Part shown: positions 47,190 to 57,796 of the stretch, in pieces
Layout of the letters: every line of letters begins with the position of its first letter
Position numbering within the stretch: position 1 is the first letter of the stretch
Source: Alphaproteobacteria bacterium
GTDB taxonomy: Bacteria; Pseudomonadota; Alphaproteobacteria; GCA-2731375
Assembly: GCA_965232515.1 (NCBI GenBank)
Contig: CBDDPY010000002.1
Location: 4,128,001-4,192,000 of the forward strand
Length of the DNA: 64,000 bases
Reading direction: 5' to 3'
Program-made: the position numbers and the translations under genes
Notes under the pieces: model-generated
Told to the model about the DNA's origin: nothing
Database searches by the model: none
The model's input: the letters and a program-made list of their open reading frames with translations, nothing else

Positions 47190-48068
47190 ATGCCGGGGCC
47201 GTCGTCTCCGCAAGGTGGGATTTTGTTGCTGATGCTGTCGATCGGCATCATCACGGTCGTCGACACCATCGCCAAGTATCTGACCGTCGAGCTGCATGCC
47301 CTGCAGCTGGTCTGGGGCTACTTCCTGGGCATCGCCATCTGTCTCGTCGCCTATCTGGCGCTAAGCGGCGGCGACCGGCAACAGGCGCTGACCACCCGGC
47401 GGCTGGCGACGCAGTTGCTGCGCGCCGGCCTGCTCGTCACCTCCATCGCCGCCTTGTTCGTCGGTCTGACGCACCTGCCGATCGCCGACGCCACGGCCAT
47501 CAGCTTCATGTCGCCGCTGTTCATTACCGTCCTCTCGGTGCCGTTGCTGGGCGAGCGCGTCGGTCCCCACCGCTGGGCCGCCGTCGTCATTGGCCTGATC
47601 GGCGTGCTGGTCATCGTGCGGCCGGGCGGCAGCATCGCGCATTGGGCCGCGGCGATGCCGTTGATCTCGGCGGTGGCGTTCGCCGGCTATCAGATCGCGA
47701 CCCGATTGCTGGCGGCGACAGAATTCACCTTTACAACGCTGTTTTACACCGGCGTCGGCGGCTTCCTCTGGATCAGCCTCGCCGTGCCGTTTGTCTGGAC
47801 CTGGCCAACGCCGGCGCAGTGGGCAATCTTCGTGGGCCTCGGCGCGCTCGGCGTCGCCGCGCATCTTTGTTTGATCCGCGCCTTCGCGCTGGCGCAGGCG
47901 TCACTGCTGGCGCCATTTAACTACACCAAGCTGATCTGGGCCGCCTTGCTGGGCTACCTCGTCTTCGGCGACGTGCCGAGCCTGAACACGCTCGCGGGCA
48001 GCGCCGTGATCATCGGCGCCGGCTGCTATGTGATCTGGCGGGAGCGGCAGCTGCAGCGCGTGGCGTAA
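47190..48068 (+). CDS. DMT/EamA family transporter
   Basis: About 10 TM; LLGERVGPHRW..V.IG..GVLVIVRPG. Confidence 0.9.
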   Translation: MPGPSSPQGGILLLMLSIGIITVVDTIAKYLTVELHALQLVWGYFLGIAICLVAYLALSGGDRQQALTTRRLATQLLRAGLLVTSIAALFVGLTHLPIADATAISFMSPLFITVLSVPLLGERVGPHRWAAVVIGLIGVLVIVRPGGSIAHWAAAMPLISAVAFAGYQIATRLLAATEFTFTTLFYTGVGGFLWISLAVPFVWTWPTPAQWAIFVGLGALGVAAHLCLIRAFALAQASLLAPFNYTKLIWAALLGYLVFGDVPSLNTLAGSAVIIGAGCYVIWRERQLQRVA

Positions 48069-48083
48069 TACAGTTTCGGCCGG

Positions 48084-48350
48084 TTATTTTCGCCCGGCCA
48101 GGAACCGCACGCCGTCACCGCCGATGCGCTCGCTGTGCGGGATGCCCGCCGCCAACGAAAAGGTCTCGCCGGCCCGGCATGTCGTGTCGCCGTCCTCGGT
48201 CGTCACCGTGATCTCGCCGTCCAGCACCAGGATCATGGCGCTGAAGTCATGCACGTGCGTATCCATGATCGTGCCCGGCGCCAAATCCCTCACCTCGCCG
48301 GCCGCATAGCCCTCTTGCGCCAGCTTCGTGCGAAATTGTGCTTCGTCCAT
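48084..48350 (-). CDS. Small cupin-domain protein
   Basis: HVHDF...GEITV...GETFSL.AGIPHSE; RBS GGAGG. Confidence 0.85.
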   Translation of the reverse strand: MDEAQFRTKLAQEGYAAGEVRDLAPGTIMDTHVHDFSAMILVLDGEITVTTEDGDTTCRAGETFSLAAGIPHSERIGGDGVRFLAGRK

Positions 48351-48378
48351 CTTGTGCGGTCCTCCGGATCGGCGTCCG

Positions 48379-49677
48379 TCAGTTGGCGGCTTCGGACTTA
48401 ATCTGCGCCACGGCGTCACCGAACGCCGTCAGCGTGGCCGCGATGTCGTCATCGTCATGGGCCAGCGAGATATAGAACTTGGAATCGCCCTTCAGCAGGC
48501 CATTCGCGCGCAGCAGCTGGTTCATCCGGGCGCCCATGGCGGCGTCGGCGCGCTGCGTCGCGCGAAAATCGTCGATCTCGGCGTCGGCGAATACCACGTC
48601 GAACAACGGATCCTCGCCGATCACCCGTGACGGCAAGCCGCTCTCGGCCAGCATCTCCGCGAAGCCCTGCTTCAGCCGGCCGCCGATCGCGAACAGCTTG
48701 TCATAGGCGCCGGGCTGCTTCAGCACGTTGAGGGAGGCAAGACCGGCGACGGCGGCGACGGGATTGCCGCTCAGCGTGCCGATCTGCAGCGTGAAGCCGT
48801 CCTCGCCGACGGCATTCTTGTCGAAATGCGCCATGAAGTCCTCGCGTCCGGCGATCGCCGCCAGCGGGAAGCCGCCGCCGATCACCTTGCCCAGCGCGCA
48901 GAGGTCGGGCGTGACGCCGTAATAGGCCTGGGCGCCGCCATAGGCGAAGCGGAATCCGGTCACGACCTCGTCGAAGATCAGCGGGATCTCGTTCGCGGCC
49001 GTCACCTCGCGCAGCGCCTCCAGGAAGCCGGGCTTCGGCGGGATCAGACGCTGGAACGGCTCGACGATGACGCCGGCCAGCTCGTCGCGGTGCTGGTTGA
49101 TCAGGCTGGCGGCGAGGTCGGCGTCGTTGAACGGCGCGATCAGCACCTCGCCGCGCACGTTCTCGGGGATGCCGGCCGAGTCCGGCATCGCCTGCGGAAA
49201 GTTGCCCGGCCGCTTCGGCGCCATGCTCATCAGCGCATAGTCGCTCATGCCGTGATAGCCGCCCTCGAACTTCAGGATCTTGTCGCGCTTGCGATGCGCC
49301 CGGGCGACGCGCATGGCGTAGAGCGTCGCTTCCGAGCCGCTGCTGACGAAGCGGACCTTCTCGGCGCACGGCACGGCCTCGACGATCGCGTCGGCGAGCC
49401 GGATGCCGTGTTCGTTGTTGACGAAGAACGTCGTGCCCAGCGGCACCTGCTCCAGCACCGCGGCGGTGACGTCGGGGTGGGCGTGGCCGATCAGCATCGG
49501 GCCGGAGCCCAGCAGGTAGTCGATATATTCGTTGCCGCTGACGTCCCAGACCCGGCCGCCGCGCCCCCGGGCGATGACGGTATCGAGCGTGATGTTGCCG
49601 AAACAGCCGGCCGGCAGCACCCGGTGCGCCATCTCGACCAGTTCCCGCTCGGCGTCGCTGTGCAGTTTCTCCGTCAT
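48379..49677 (-). CDS. Class III aminotransferase (GSA-aminomutase-like)
   Basis: SSGSEAT, FEGGYHG, LIFDEVVTGFR, LGKVIGGG, GTLSGNP. Confidence 0.9.
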   Translation of the reverse strand: MTEKLHSDAERELVEMAHRVLPAGCFGNITLDTVIARGRGGRVWDVSGNEYIDYLLGSGPMLIGHAHPDVTAAVLEQVPLGTTFFVNNEHGIRLADAIVEAVPCAEKVRFVSSGSEATLYAMRVARAHRKRDKILKFEGGYHGMSDYALMSMAPKRPGNFPQAMPDSAGIPENVRGEVLIAPFNDADLAASLINQHRDELAGVIVEPFQRLIPPKPGFLEALREVTAANEIPLIFDEVVTGFRFAYGGAQAYYGVTPDLCALGKVIGGGFPLAAIAGREDFMAHFDKNAVGEDGFTLQIGTLSGNPVAAVAGLASLNVLKQPGAYDKLFAIGGRLKQGFAEMLAESGLPSRVIGEDPLFDVVFADAEIDDFRATQRADAAMGARMNQLLRANGLLKGDSKFYISLAHDDDDIAATLTAFGDAVAQIKSEAAN

Positions 49678-49817
49678 CGCGTCCCTCCCCGTGTCTTGCC
49701 GCAACATCATAAGTCAACGGGGAGCTTGCGTCATACGCGCAAGTCGGGCGAAATCGGGACTCGCCCGCCAGACCCATGCCGGCCTGAATCGCGAGCCGGC
49801 GTCATTAAGGAAACTGG

Positions 49818-50690
49818 ATGTCCGAAACGGTCTCGCCGTCCGTGCCGCGCGCCATGCTGTGGATGGTCGGCGCGCTGCTGTCCTTCGCGGCCATGGCGCT
49901 GGCCGGGCGGGAGCTGTCGAGCGAGCTGACGCTGTTTCAGATCCTGTTCCTGCGCAGCGCCATCTGTCTCTGCGTGCTGGTGCCGCTGGCGGCTCGGCTC
50001 GGCTGGGACCGGCTGGCGACGCGGCGGCCGCTGATCCATCTGGCGCGCAACAGCGTCCACTATGCGGCGAGCTATTTCTGGATGCTGGGGGTGATCTCGA
50101 TCCCGCTGGCGGAAGTCTTCGCCATCGAGTTCACGACGCCGATCTGGACGGCGATCCTGGCGGCCCTGTTCCTGCGCGAACCGCTGACCCGGATCCGCCT
50201 TGCCGCCATCGCGCTGGGTTTCATCGGCGTCATGGTGATCCTGCGGCCGGGCGCGGCGATCGTGCATCCCGCCGCCTTCGCCGTGCTGGCCGCGGCGCTG
50301 GGCTATGCCGCGGCCTACGTTTTCACCAAATCGCTGAGCGCCGACGACCGGCCGATCGTGATTCTGTTCTGGATGAACGTGATCCAGCTGGTGATCGGCC
50401 TCGTGCCGAGCGCGCTCACCTGGGTGACGCCGAGCCCGGCGCTCTGGCCCTGGGTCGCGGTAATCGGCATGTCGGGCCTGGCCTCGCACTATTGCATCGC
50501 GCGGGCAATGGCCTTTGCCGACGCCACCGTGGTGGTGCCGCTCGATTTCCTGCGCCTGCCGCTGATCGCCGTCGTCGGTTACATCGTCTATGCCGAACCG
50601 CTCGATCCCTTCGTGCTGGCCGGCGCCGTGCTGGTCGTCGGCGGCAACATGCTGAACCTGTTCGGCGACCGCTTCGCCCGTAAAGCCTGA
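49818..50690 (+). CDS. DMT/EamA family transporter
   Basis: About 10 TM; EFTTPIW, ILRPG, PLDFLRLP. Confidence 0.9.
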   Translation: MSETVSPSVPRAMLWMVGALLSFAAMALAGRELSSELTLFQILFLRSAICLCVLVPLAARLGWDRLATRRPLIHLARNSVHYAASYFWMLGVISIPLAEVFAIEFTTPIWTAILAALFLREPLTRIRLAAIALGFIGVMVILRPGAAIVHPAAFAVLAAALGYAAAYVFTKSLSADDRPIVILFWMNVIQLVIGLVPSALTWVTPSPALWPWVAVIGMSGLASHYCIARAMAFADATVVVPLDFLRLPLIAVVGYIVYAEPLDPFVLAGAVLVVGGNMLNLFGDRFARKA

Positions 50691-50700
50691 CGCCGCCTTT

Positions 50701-51564
50701 TTAGGCGGCGAGCCGACCGCCCTCGATGGTGATGCGGTGCATAAGGCGGCGGGCGCCGTGATAGTCGTTCAAGGCATAGTGCCAGGTGGCGCGGTTGTCC
50801 CAGAAGGCGATCGAGCCCGACGCCCACTGGAACCGGTAGGTATGCTCGGGCCGTGCCGCGTGCGCATAGAGCATGTTCAAGAGCGGCGCGCTCTCTGCAT
50901 CGGTCCAGCCGTCGAAGCGCAACGTGAAGCCGGGATTCACATAGAGCGCCTTGCGGCCGCTGATCGGGTGGCGGATGACGACGGGGTGCACCGCGTCCTG
51001 CGTCGCCGCCGCCTCATTGCCGAACCGATCGCCGAAATCGGCGCCCTGGTGCTTGTAGCGGGAGTCGGCGCCGAACACGTGGCGACTGGAATGCACCGCC
51101 GACAAGCCGTCGAGCGTGGCCTTCAGGCCGTCCGACAGCGTCTCGTAGGCCGCGTACATGCTGGCGAAGAGCGTGTCGCCGCCGCTCGCCGGCGTCTCGC
51201 GCGCGACCAGGATCGAGCCCAGCGCCGGTTCTTCGTCATAGCTGTGATCGGTGTGCCAGCCGCCGCCGATATTGGCCTGCTGGTCCGGCTCCTTGCGCAC
51301 CTCGGCGATGCGCGGATGGCCATCGACGGCCTTGAAGAAGCGATTGACGTTGATCGCGCCAAACCGCTCGGCAAACGCCAGATGCGCGTCCGGGCTGAGG
51401 TCCTGATCGCGAAAGAACAGCACGCCATAGTCGCCGAGCGCCTCGCGCAGCATGTCCCGCGCGTCGTCGCTCACGCCCAGCGACAGATCGATGCCCTCGA
51501 CAAAGGCTCCGACCCCGCCACCGCTCGACCGCACCTCGAACCGCGTATTCTGCACCACGACCAT
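50701..51564 (-). CDS. TauD/TfdA family Fe(II)/2OG dioxygenase
   Basis: GVLFFRDQ, WHTDHSY, GGDTLF, HPVV..HP.SGRKALYVN, WDNRATWH. Confidence 0.92.
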   Translation of the reverse strand: MVVVQNTRFEVRSSGGGVGAFVEGIDLSLGVSDDARDMLREALGDYGVLFFRDQDLSPDAHLAFAERFGAINVNRFFKAVDGHPRIAEVRKEPDQQANIGGGWHTDHSYDEEPALGSILVARETPASGGDTLFASMYAAYETLSDGLKATLDGLSAVHSSRHVFGADSRYKHQGADFGDRFGNEAAATQDAVHPVVIRHPISGRKALYVNPGFTLRFDGWTDAESAPLLNMLYAHAARPEHTYRFQWASGSIAFWDNRATWHYALNDYHGARRLMHRITIEGGRLAA

Positions 51565-52042
51565 CCCTCCAAGATCCGAAACCGGACGCCGCAGTGTAGC
51601 AGCCAGCCGGCGACAGGCGGAGACGTAATCGCGACAGGGATAGGCCAAGAGTCGGCATTTATGGCCAATGGGTTTCGCCCGGCCATCTGGCCCAATCGGG
51701 GCGTTGCTTGCACCCGCAACGTGGCGGCCGGCAGGGCGCCGATTGACCGGCATCTCGATCCTGCCGTTGCGGTGGCAATCCGGTCGGTCCTGACGCTTCT
51801 CCGACGGCATCCAATTCCCAGGATCGTCGCAATTTGCGGCGCCCCGGCAGCGGCGAGGTGCAAATATCGGTGACAGCTCTTCTCCCGTACCGATTTAGGG
51901 ACTAAAAATTCATTGGCGACGGGACGGCGGAAACGACTGTCGCAACGACTGTGGAAACGGCCGCCGATAGCGCCCGGACCGCTGGCGCATCGACGTGCGC
52001 TGCATTGCGAATTACGATTAGTCACGGGAGGGGAGAGTAACG

Positions 52043-52789
52043 ATGTCACGGGATGCCCTGGGCTGGCGCTGCAAGTTCGCCGTGGTGGCGCCGTCCACCA
52101 ACACCATCGTGCAGCCGGATATGGAAGCACTGCGGCCGGACGGCGTGACCAACCATTTCGGCCGCATCTATGTGCCCAACATGCCGGTGCATAATGACGC
52201 CGATTTCCTGGCCCTGGTCGAGGCCATCGGCGCGGAACTCTACGCCACCGTCGACCGTTGCAAGACCATGGCGCCCGACTATCTGATCATGGGCATGTCG
52301 GCGCTCATGTTCTGGGACGGCCGGGCGGCCTCGGAAAAGCGCATGCAGGAGCTGTCCGAGCATGCCGGTGTGCCGGTCTCCGCCGGATCCTTTGCCTGTG
52401 AGGCCGCGCTCAACCTTTCCGGCGCCAAGCGCATCGCGGTGATTTCACCCTATATGCCGATTTCGGACGTGAACGTGACGCGCTTTTTCGAGGACTGCGG
52501 CTTCACCGTGGCCAAGTTCGTGGGGCTGCGCTGCAACAGCCCGATCGCCATCGCCGAAGTGCAGGCCGATACCCTGCGCCAGCATTTGCTGGAAATGAAT
52601 GACGACAGCATCGACGCCATCGTCCAGGTCGGCACCAACCTTTCCATGGTTGGCCTGGCGCTCGAGATGGAACAGGAACTGGGCAAGCCGGTCATTGCCA
52701 TCAATGCCGCGACCTACTGGCACGCCCTGCGCGCTAATGGCATCAACGATCAGTTCGCCGGGCACGGACCGCTGTTCGAAATCCACTAG
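52043..52789 (+). CDS. Maleate isomerase/arylmalonate decarboxylase (Asp/Glu racemase superfamily) protein
   Basis: PSTNTIVQPD, KRIAVISPY, QVGTNL, LGKPVIAINAA. Confidence 0.82.
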   Translation: MSRDALGWRCKFAVVAPSTNTIVQPDMEALRPDGVTNHFGRIYVPNMPVHNDADFLALVEAIGAELYATVDRCKTMAPDYLIMGMSALMFWDGRAASEKRMQELSEHAGVPVSAGSFACEAALNLSGAKRIAVISPYMPISDVNVTRFFEDCGFTVAKFVGLRCNSPIAIAEVQADTLRQHLLEMNDDSIDAIVQVGTNLSMVGLALEMEQELGKPVIAINAATYWHALRANGINDQFAGHGPLFEIH

Positions 52790-52922
52790 GTCGGGTACCC
52801 CTGAACGAGACACCTGATTTCAAACCGATGTGGTTCACTGCCTCAAGCCAGAGGCGGTGATCGTGGCGCGGTGCGAATTGGCGGATTTCGAGTGGTCGGT
52901 GACCTGGACGTGCGAACAAGAG

Positions 52923-52997
<75 letters not shown>

Positions 52998-53068
52998 ATT
53001 CCGGGTCGCGGCGCGGCGGAATGTACTGGCAAGCGGGTGCGCGCGCAACTGTCGTAGCAGCGCGCGAT

Positions 53069-54643
53069 CTAGGCCCTCCGGGCGGGCGGGATGGGTTCGA
53101 CGTCGGCGGGTTTGGGGCGGGGGCCGTTGTCGGCGATAGCTTCGTCGCCGACGGGCATGGCGTCTGGCGTCGGGATGGGTTCGTCGAGGGGTTTGTCGTC
53201 GACGGGGACCGGCGGGGCGGCGATGGCGCCGTCGGTCTGCGCGGCCTCGGGCGGCTCGGGCGTCAGCAGCGCGGGCGGCGGCGTGGGCGGGGTTTCCGCC
53301 GGCTTTTCTTCGGCGATCTGCGCCGGCGGTTGCGGCATCAGCAGAACGGGCGCGGCCGTGGGCGGCCGGCGCCAGGCGAAGCTGTCGAAGTTGCCACAGT
53401 TCGGGCAGTGGGTGGTCCAGGTCGCGGCCTGGTGGCCGCAGCTGTCGCAGACCCAGGTCGGGTCCGGCGCCGCCGTCGTCATCCGGCGCAGCCATTCCCG
53501 CGCCGCGCCGGCATCGTCGTCGCCGCGTTCGGCCAGCTCGGCCATCAGCCGGCAGACCCGCGCGGTCGGGCTCTCCTCGGCGAGCTCGGTGAGCTGCTTG
53601 CGGGCGAGATCGAAATCGTCGGCCGCCAGCGCCGCTTCCGCCAGCATCAGCTTGCTGGTCGCCGGGCTCGGACGCAGGGCGGCGACGCCGTGCAGCCGTT
53701 TCAGGCGCGCGTCCGGCTGCTCGTCCGGCTCCAGCGCGGCGAAGGCCTTGGCCAGCTCCGGATGCGGCTCCTGCTTCCAGCCGTCCTCCAGCATCTTGCG
53801 CGCCTTGCGGCGTTCGCCGGCGGCGAGGTGCAGGCTGGCGGTGAGCGCCGTCGCCGGCGCGAATTTCGGATCGTGGCGGTGCGCCTTGCGGGCGAGATCG
53901 AGGGCACGGCGCACTTCGCCCGCGGCCTGCGCCGCCTGCGCCTGCGCGAACAGCACGACCGCCCGCCGCCGGGCCGCCTCGGCCTGGCTCACGACCTTGC
54001 GCTTGGCCGCGTGTTCGAGCGTGCGCTCGGCCGCGGTCCATTGCCGGGCGCCGGCCTGGAGCGCGAACAGCTCGGTCAGCACCCACTGCGTGTCCGGCCG
54101 CAGCTTGAAGGCGCGCTCGGCCAACTGCAGCGCGGCGACATCGTCGCCGGCGCGCCGGGCCAGCACCAGCAAGCCGCGCAAGCCGAGGAACTCGGTCTCG
54201 GGCCGTTCGAGCATGGCCGAGAAATAGCCCTTGGCCGCGGTCTCGTCGCCGTCGAGCTGGGCCGCCTGGGCCGACAGCAGCAGCGTCAGCGGCGGCTCGT
54301 CCAACAGCGCGTCGGTGCGCCGGGCGAGCTTGCGGGCTTCGGCCGCGTCGCCGGCCGCGACGGCCACCAGGCCGCGCGTCAACGCCTGATAGCCGCGGCG
54401 CTTGCGCGCCTCGCCGCGCGAGGCCCAAAACACCGCCGGCCCGCCCAGGACCCAACGCCAGAGACGATAGGCAACCAGCACGATGCCCAGCACCAGCAAC
54501 AGACCCAGCACCAGGACGGCGAAGCTGGTCTCGATGCGGTAGCCGCGCCAGTCGAGCGTCAGCGCGCCGGGATTGTCGGCGAACCAGGCGGCGCCCGCCG
54601 CCAGCGCCGCCAACACCAGAAACAGAACAATGGCGCGCAGCAT
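53069..54643 (-). CDS. HemY_N/TPR membrane protein (alphaproteobacterial HemY-like, Orf52-type)
   Basis: WFADNPG.L.LDWRGYRIETS, LLLSAQAAQL.GD, TEFLGLRGL, C-terminal CDSC...CPNC. Confidence 0.88.
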   Translation of the reverse strand: MLRAIVLFLVLAALAAGAAWFADNPGALTLDWRGYRIETSFAVLVLGLLLVLGIVLVAYRLWRWVLGGPAVFWASRGEARKRRGYQALTRGLVAVAAGDAAEARKLARRTDALLDEPPLTLLLSAQAAQLDGDETAAKGYFSAMLERPETEFLGLRGLLVLARRAGDDVAALQLAERAFKLRPDTQWVLTELFALQAGARQWTAAERTLEHAAKRKVVSQAEAARRRAVVLFAQAQAAQAAGEVRRALDLARKAHRHDPKFAPATALTASLHLAAGERRKARKMLEDGWKQEPHPELAKAFAALEPDEQPDARLKRLHGVAALRPSPATSKLMLAEAALAADDFDLARKQLTELAEESPTARVCRLMAELAERGDDDAGAAREWLRRMTTAAPDPTWVCDSCGHQAATWTTHCPNCGNFDSFAWRRPPTAAPVLLMPQPPAQIAEEKPAETPPTPPPALLTPEPPEAAQTDGAIAAPPVPVDDKPLDEPIPTPDAMPVGDEAIADNGPRPKPADVEPIPPARRA

Positions 54644-56106
54644 CAGCCGCCACCAAGCTGCGCGATGGCGCGGGCCTGCAGACCGTCGAGCGCCGCCATG
54701 GCGTCGAGATGCGCCTGCGCGTCGGCAAGCCAGGGCGCCGCGGCCTCGGCGCCGCCGCCCTGGAGCGCGGCGAGCTCGTTCACGGCCGCGGCGAGATCGC
54801 CGGCCGCCAGGTGACCTTCGGCGCGGGCGACGAGCGCATCGACGGTGTCGCCCTCGGCGTCGCCGATGCGGCGCACCTTCACCGCCGACGTCAGCCGCTC
54901 GACCGTGCGCTCGACCCAGTCGGCATCGGGATTGCGGCGCGCGGCGGCGACGATCTCGCCGGCTTCGCGGGCAAAGCGGCCGCGCAGCTGCCGCACGGTC
55001 GGCACGCCGTCGGCGGCCCATTGCTCTAGCGCCGCCAGTGGTGCTGCCGTTTCGGCGTCACCGACGCCATCGGCGAGACGCGTGGACGCGGCGAGCTCGT
55101 CGGCAAAACCGCCACCGCGCTCGACCGCGCCCCGCAGCTGCGAGAGCGCCAGCACGAAGGCGTCGCGGCGATCGCCCGGCGTCGCGCGACCGGCGGTCGC
55201 CTCGACCTCGGCCATACGCCCGGCCAGCGCCTCGATGCGGTCGGCCGCCGGCTGCAGCGCGGCCAGCTGGCCGGCGAGTGTCTCGATGCGGCCTTCCAGC
55301 TCCAGGCCCATTGTTCTGAGACCGGCAATCTCGTCCGATGCGCCGTTCGCGTGGCCCACTGCCGCGAGGCGCGATTCCATGTCGTCGAGCCGGTCCAGCA
55401 GCGGCGCGAGGTCGATCCCGCCATCGCCGCTGACGGTGACCGGCGGACGATTCGCGATCGCGTCGATGCGGCTGGCGAGAACGGCGATACGTTCCTCGAT
55501 AATGCTGGTGTCCGGCTCCGGCGGCGGCGCGTCGGCGAGCGCGTTGACCCGTGTCTCCAACCCCGACAGGGTCTTGTCCATCAAGTCGACCTGCGTCAGC
55601 AGGCGGGTCATCTGAGGGTCCGGCTCGGCCGGCGCCTGCAACGCCGCGACCGCCTCTTCGAGCGTCGAGAGTTGCGACTGCAACGCGGCGAGGCGCTCGG
55701 CAGTGGCGTCGGTGTCGCGGCCGGTCAGGCCCGGCGGCAACAACGGCGACAGCACCGGCCAGGTGGCGGCGCCGATCAGGAAGGCGATCAGCACGACGAG
55801 CAGCCAGCGGCCGACGCCGCCGGATTTCTTCACCTCGGCCGGCTCGGGTTCCGGTTCCGGTGGCGACGCCTCGTAAGATGCCGCCCCGTCGTCCGTGGAC
55901 GCGGCCTCTACCGGCTCGGCTTCGAGGATTTCGGCCTCGGTCGCCTCGGCCCGGTCATCGATGTCGACCAGATCGTCGACCTCCGCATCGTCGGCGTCGC
56001 GGTTGGACCAGGGGCCGGCCTCGGTCTCGGTCGGCGATCCTTGGTCCGGTGTGGCGGAGCCGCTCTCCGTCTCCGGCGTCGCGTCGTCGTCTTTGCGATC
56101 GGTCAT
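54643..56106 (-). CDS. Mitofilin-domain protein (alphaMic60/COG4223)
   Basis: Acidic N-terminus, single TM, coiled coil, C-terminal GVPT...L...VKVRR...ARAE..L..GDL..A; position between hemD and hemY-like. Confidence 0.85.
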   Translation of the reverse strand: MTDRKDDDATPETESGSATPDQGSPTETEAGPWSNRDADDAEVDDLVDIDDRAEATEAEILEAEPVEAASTDDGAASYEASPPEPEPEPAEVKKSGGVGRWLLVVLIAFLIGAATWPVLSPLLPPGLTGRDTDATAERLAALQSQLSTLEEAVAALQAPAEPDPQMTRLLTQVDLMDKTLSGLETRVNALADAPPPEPDTSIIEERIAVLASRIDAIANRPPVTVSGDGGIDLAPLLDRLDDMESRLAAVGHANGASDEIAGLRTMGLELEGRIETLAGQLAALQPAADRIEALAGRMAEVEATAGRATPGDRRDAFVLALSQLRGAVERGGGFADELAASTRLADGVGDAETAAPLAALEQWAADGVPTVRQLRGRFAREAGEIVAAARRNPDADWVERTVERLTSAVKVRRIGDAEGDTVDALVARAEGHLAAGDLAAAVNELAALQGGGAEAAAPWLADAQAHLDAMAALDGLQARAIAQLGGG

Positions 56107-56109
56107 GCG

Positions 56110-56823
56110 TCAGGCCTTCGGTTCACGCAACAGGTCGAGCAGATCCGCCTGGGTCGGCCGGATCGCCACGCTGATGTCCCGCCACGGTACGACCCCCGCC
56201 GCGTCGGCAACGGCCTGGCTGAGACAGAGCGCCGTCACTCGCCGGCAGGCCCCGGCCAGACCGGCCGCTTCGGCGAGCCTAACAAACGCGGCGGCGCTGC
56301 GGGGAGAGAAAAACAGCGCCCCTTCCAGCTGTCCGTCTTGCAGCGCGGCGCGGCAGGCCGGGCTCAGCGCGGTGGCTTTGCGGGCCTCATACAGCACAGC
56401 CCGGTCGACGGCAAATCCGGCCGCGCCGAGCGACGCCGACAGGTCGCCCGCGACCGCCGAACCGGCGACATGCACGAGCCGGCCGGCGGCCGGGTCGAGC
56501 CGCGCGCTGACCAATTCGGTCAACGCTTCGACATCGCCGTCGGCCGAGGCGACATCCGCGAAACCGGCGGCCCGCGCGGCACGGGCGGTGGCGTCGCCCA
56601 CGGCACAAACCGGCAGATCACGGCGGGCGGTGGCGGCGGCGAGCGCGCGGGCGCCGTTGGCGCTGGTCAGCAGCACGGCCTGCACGCCATCGAGGTCGAG
56701 GGCGGCGGCCGGCATCGGGCGGATCTCGAGCATGGGCTCGATCAACACCTCATGGCCGGCCCGACGCAGCTCGGCGGCGAGCGGTTCGGAGTCGTCGCGC
56801 GGCCGGGTCAGCAGCAGGCGCAT
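56110..56823 (-). CDS. hemD: Uroporphyrinogen-III synthase
   Basis: LLTRPR, LTSANGA, AVGDATA, FFSPRSA. Confidence 0.93.
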   Translation of the reverse strand: MRLLLTRPRDDSEPLAAELRRAGHEVLIEPMLEIRPMPAAALDLDGVQAVLLTSANGARALAAATARRDLPVCAVGDATARAARAAGFADVASADGDVEALTELVSARLDPAAGRLVHVAGSAVAGDLSASLGAAGFAVDRAVLYEARKATALSPACRAALQDGQLEGALFFSPRSAAAFVRLAEAAGLAGACRRVTALCLSQAVADAAGVVPWRDISVAIRPTQADLLDLLREPKA

Positions 56824-57749
56824 CAATCGCTGAAGAAATCGGGCCCGGCGCGGCGGCGCAGTTCGTCGCCGGCGTCACGGCCCAGGTCGACAACGTCGGC
56901 CGGCGCGCCCCGGCGCTCGACCTCGAACGACCGGCTGCCGTCTGGTGTCAGGATCTGACCCTGGAACGACACCTCGCCGTCGAGCACGGCCAGCGCCGCG
57001 ATCGGCGTGCGGCAGGAACCGTCGAGGGCGGCGAGAAAGGCGCGCTCGGCCATCACACAGGTCACGGTGTCGGCATGATTGAGCGGCGCGAGGCGGGCGG
57101 CGATCACGGCATCGTCGCGCCGGGTCTCGATGCCGATGGCGCCCTGGGCGACCGCCGGCAGCATCGTATCGGTCGGCACCACGGCGGTGATCTTGTCGGC
57201 GAGGCCGAGCCGGTTCAGCCCGGCGCAGGCGAGCAGCGTGGCGTCGACCGCGCCGGCGGCGAGCTTTTTCAGGCGTGTGTCGACATTGCCGCGGAACATC
57301 ACCACCTGCAGGTCCGGCCGGCGGTGCCGAAGCTGGGCCTGGCGTCGGAGCGAGGACGAGCCGACCACGGCGCCTTGCGGCAGCGCGTCGATGCTCTCGG
57401 CGGTCTCGGACAGGAAGGCGTCGCGCGGATCCTCGCGCTCCAGCAGGCAGGTGATGGCGAGGCCGTCCGGCAGCCGGGTCTCGACGTCCTTCATGGAATG
57501 CACGGCGAGATCGATCGTGCCGGCGAGTAGCGCCTCCTCGATTTCCTTGGTGAACAGGCCCTTGCCGCCGACCTCGGCGAGCGGCCGGTCGCGGATGCGG
57601 TCGCCCGTCGTGCGGATGATCTCGATGGCGACGCTGGCGTCGTCAAGGTCGGCATGCGCCGCCAGCAGCCGGGCTTTCACCTGGTTCGCCTGGGCCAGCG
57701 CCAGCGGGCTGCCGCGCGTACCGATACGGATGGCCGGTTGTTCGGACAT
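56823..57749 (-). CDS. hemC: Hydroxymethylbilane synthase
   Basis: [49 protein letters not shown]. Confidence 0.96.
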   Translation of the reverse strand: MSEQPAIRIGTRGSPLALAQANQVKARLLAAHADLDDASVAIEIIRTTGDRIRDRPLAEVGGKGLFTKEIEEALLAGTIDLAVHSMKDVETRLPDGLAITCLLEREDPRDAFLSETAESIDALPQGAVVGSSSLRRQAQLRHRRPDLQVVMFRGNVDTRLKKLAAGAVDATLLACAGLNRLGLADKITAVVPTDTMLPAVAQGAIGIETRRDDAVIAARLAPLNHADTVTCVMAERAFLAALDGSCRTPIAALAVLDGEVSFQGQILTPDGSRSFEVERRGAPADVVDLGRDAGDELRRRAGPDFFSD

Positions 57750-57796
57750 GGCCGGAGTGCTAAGGGCTGGCAATCGAATAGGCAAGAAGTTTGGGC

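Noticed and set aside
48379-49677. Calling the class III aminotransferase hemL because hem genes are near
   Set aside because: It is separated from the hem operon by unrelated genes, Alphaproteobacteria generally use ALA synthase, and GSA-like paralogues are common.
53069-54643. Protoporphyrinogen oxidase HemY
   Set aside because: No FAD-binding motif; it is the TPR membrane protein that shares the name.
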